Positions 62,430 through 64,000 of a stretch of 64,000 nt of DNA are shown piece by piece. Source of the DNA: Chiloscyllium plagiosum (lineage: Eukaryota). The notes under the pieces are model-generated. The model made no database searches, had not been told where the DNA came from, and saw nothing but the letters and a program-made list of their open reading frames with translations. Position numbers and translations under genes: made by a program. Positions within the stretch are counted from its first letter, which is position 1, and each line of letters opens with the position of its first letter. The DNA is taken from the NCBI RefSeq assembly GCF_004010195.1, contig NC_057711.1, forward strand, positions 77,260,795-77,324,794, written 5' to 3'.

Positions 62430-63152
62430 CATACAGCAGATGACATGAACCTTGAAAGAAATGTCAACTGTAAGGAGTACAATGCAGAATTCCAAAAGGA
62501 CATTGACACATTGGTGAAACGGGTAAATAGGTGGTTGATTAAGTTTAATACAGAGAAGTGTGAGATGGTGCATTTTGGTCAGAAGAACATTGAAAAGCAA
62601 TTTTAAAGGTGGTGCAGGAACAGAAGGAGTATTGTGTACAGTTGTGGGTGTCACATTATAGGAATATTTGGGAATGTATAGTAGAGAATGCAAAAACCGT
62701 TCCAAGAATGATTCCAGGAATGAGAAACTTTAGTAATAAAGATAAATTGAAGAAATTGGGATTGTTCTGTTTGAAGAGAAGATGTTTGAGAGGAGATTTG
62801 AGAGGTTTTCAAAATCATGAGCAGGCTGGGTAGAATAGAAAGGGAAGAATCATTCCCGCTTATGAAAGAGAAAAGGGACCAGAGAGCATCAATTTAAAGT
62901 GATGTACGAACAAAGCAAGGGTGACGTATGAATAAAAAGCTTTTAAATACAGAAAGTTGTTATTGTATGGAACACACTGCCTAGAAATGCCATTAGGCAG
63001 GTTCAGTTGAGGTATTCAAGAGGACATTGGATGATTACATGGTAAGAAATGATGTGCAGGGATATGGGGGACAGGCACAAAGTAATGGGACTAGTGTGGG
63101 CACATGAAGCTAATTGGTCTGTTTCTGTACTATAACAATTCTGTGATTCTGT
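62430..63152 (+). mobile_element. Old CR1 RT and 3' end
   Basis: WLIKFNTEKCEMVHFG; KLGLFCLKRRCLRGDL. Confidence 0.8.
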
Positions 63153-63224
63153 GAAGAAAGACAAGGGTAATATTTTGGGTGTAACCCTTCATCAGAACTG
63201 GAAATTGGAAGTTAAATAAATATT

Positions 63225-63545
63225 TCACCCTAACAGGAGTATACTTTCTCTGAATTCTTGTTATCTCATTTCTGAAGGCTCCCACTTTCCAGCCTTCCCT
63301 TTACCTGCGAACATCTGTCCCCAATCAGCTTTTGAAAGTTCGTGCCTAATTTAGTCAAAATTGCCCTTTCTCAAATTTAGAACTCCAACTTTTAGATCTG
63401 GTCTATCCTTTTCCATCACAATTTTAAATCTAATAGAATTATGGTCGCTGGCCCCAAAGTGCTCCCCCACTGACACCTCAGTCACCTGCCTTATTTCCCA
63501 AGAGAGGTCAAGTTTTGCACCTTCTCTAGTAGGTACATCCAAATA
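63225..63545 (-). mobile_element. CR1 endonuclease C-terminal fragment
   Basis: PTREGAKLDL..GEHFGASDHNSIRF. Confidence 0.88.
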
Positions 63546-63689
63546 GCTGGTATGGAAACTGTTAGGTTTAGTTGAAAAGTTGTGATTGTTTATGCAGATG
63601 TACAGTATGTTTCCTATGGTGACGAACTTCAAAGCATTTAGACCAACTAAATGGCTTGTTAACTGTTTGAGAAGTATTAAAGGATTATT

Positions 63690-64000
63690 GTTGTAGTTGT
63701 GTTATGAATGCACGAAGCATTAGACATAAGGTGGATGAGCTTGAGGCTCTTTTGGAAATTGGCAGATACAATATTGTGGGGATAACTGAGACGAGGCTTC
63801 AAGTGGACAGGGCCTGGGAAATGAATATTCAAGGATACACGTGTTATCGTAAGGACAGACCGACGGGCAGAGGGGGTGGGGTGGCCTTTTGGTAAGGGAG
63901 GATATTCAGTCCCTTGCGCAGGGGGACCTAGAGTCAGGAGATGTAGAGTCAGTGTGGATAGAGCTTCGAAATACTAAGTGTAAAAAGACCCTCTTGGGAG
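63690..64000 (+). mobile_element. CR1 ORF2 endonuclease start, runs off the window
   Basis: NARSIRHKVDEL..IVGITET..YRKDR..GGGVA. Confidence 0.92.

Noticed and set aside
1..64000. CRISPR arrays, operons or other prokaryotic systems
   Set aside because: The sequence is vertebrate and repeat-rich, with no regularly spaced repeat-spacer array and no dense coding organisation.

Overview
This is vertebrate genomic DNA, almost certainly from a shark or other elasmobranch, judged from HE1-type V-SINEs, their partner CR1 LINEs and abundant Penelope-like elements. Most of the window is nested, decayed retroelements, and there are three N-gaps. The only host gene I can support is the first coding exon of PRUNE2 on the minus strand (30423..30388, MEEFLQYTKSIL followed by GTAAGA), with a small CpG-rich promoter at about 30.45-30.77 kb. 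Positions 1-30387 would therefore be PRUNE2 intron 1 (exon 2 was not found), and the rest is upstream sequence. The most notable observations are: (1) an ORF1-less EN-RT LINE whose 5' end is a tRNA-like Pol III head, plus a SINE that looks like its internal-deletion derivative; (2) several minimal hammerhead-ribozyme cores in Penelope-like termini, one intact and one at the centre of a palindrome with 79-bp arms; (3) a heavily decayed retroviral env-like fossil and a separate pol fossil with two RNase H-like segments; (4) a 52-bp SINE-head insert flanked by a perfect 79-bp duplication; (5) a possible divergent spliced transcript from the PRUNE2 promoter. All family assignments come from motif recognition by eye, not database searches. 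Boundaries of old repeats are approximate.
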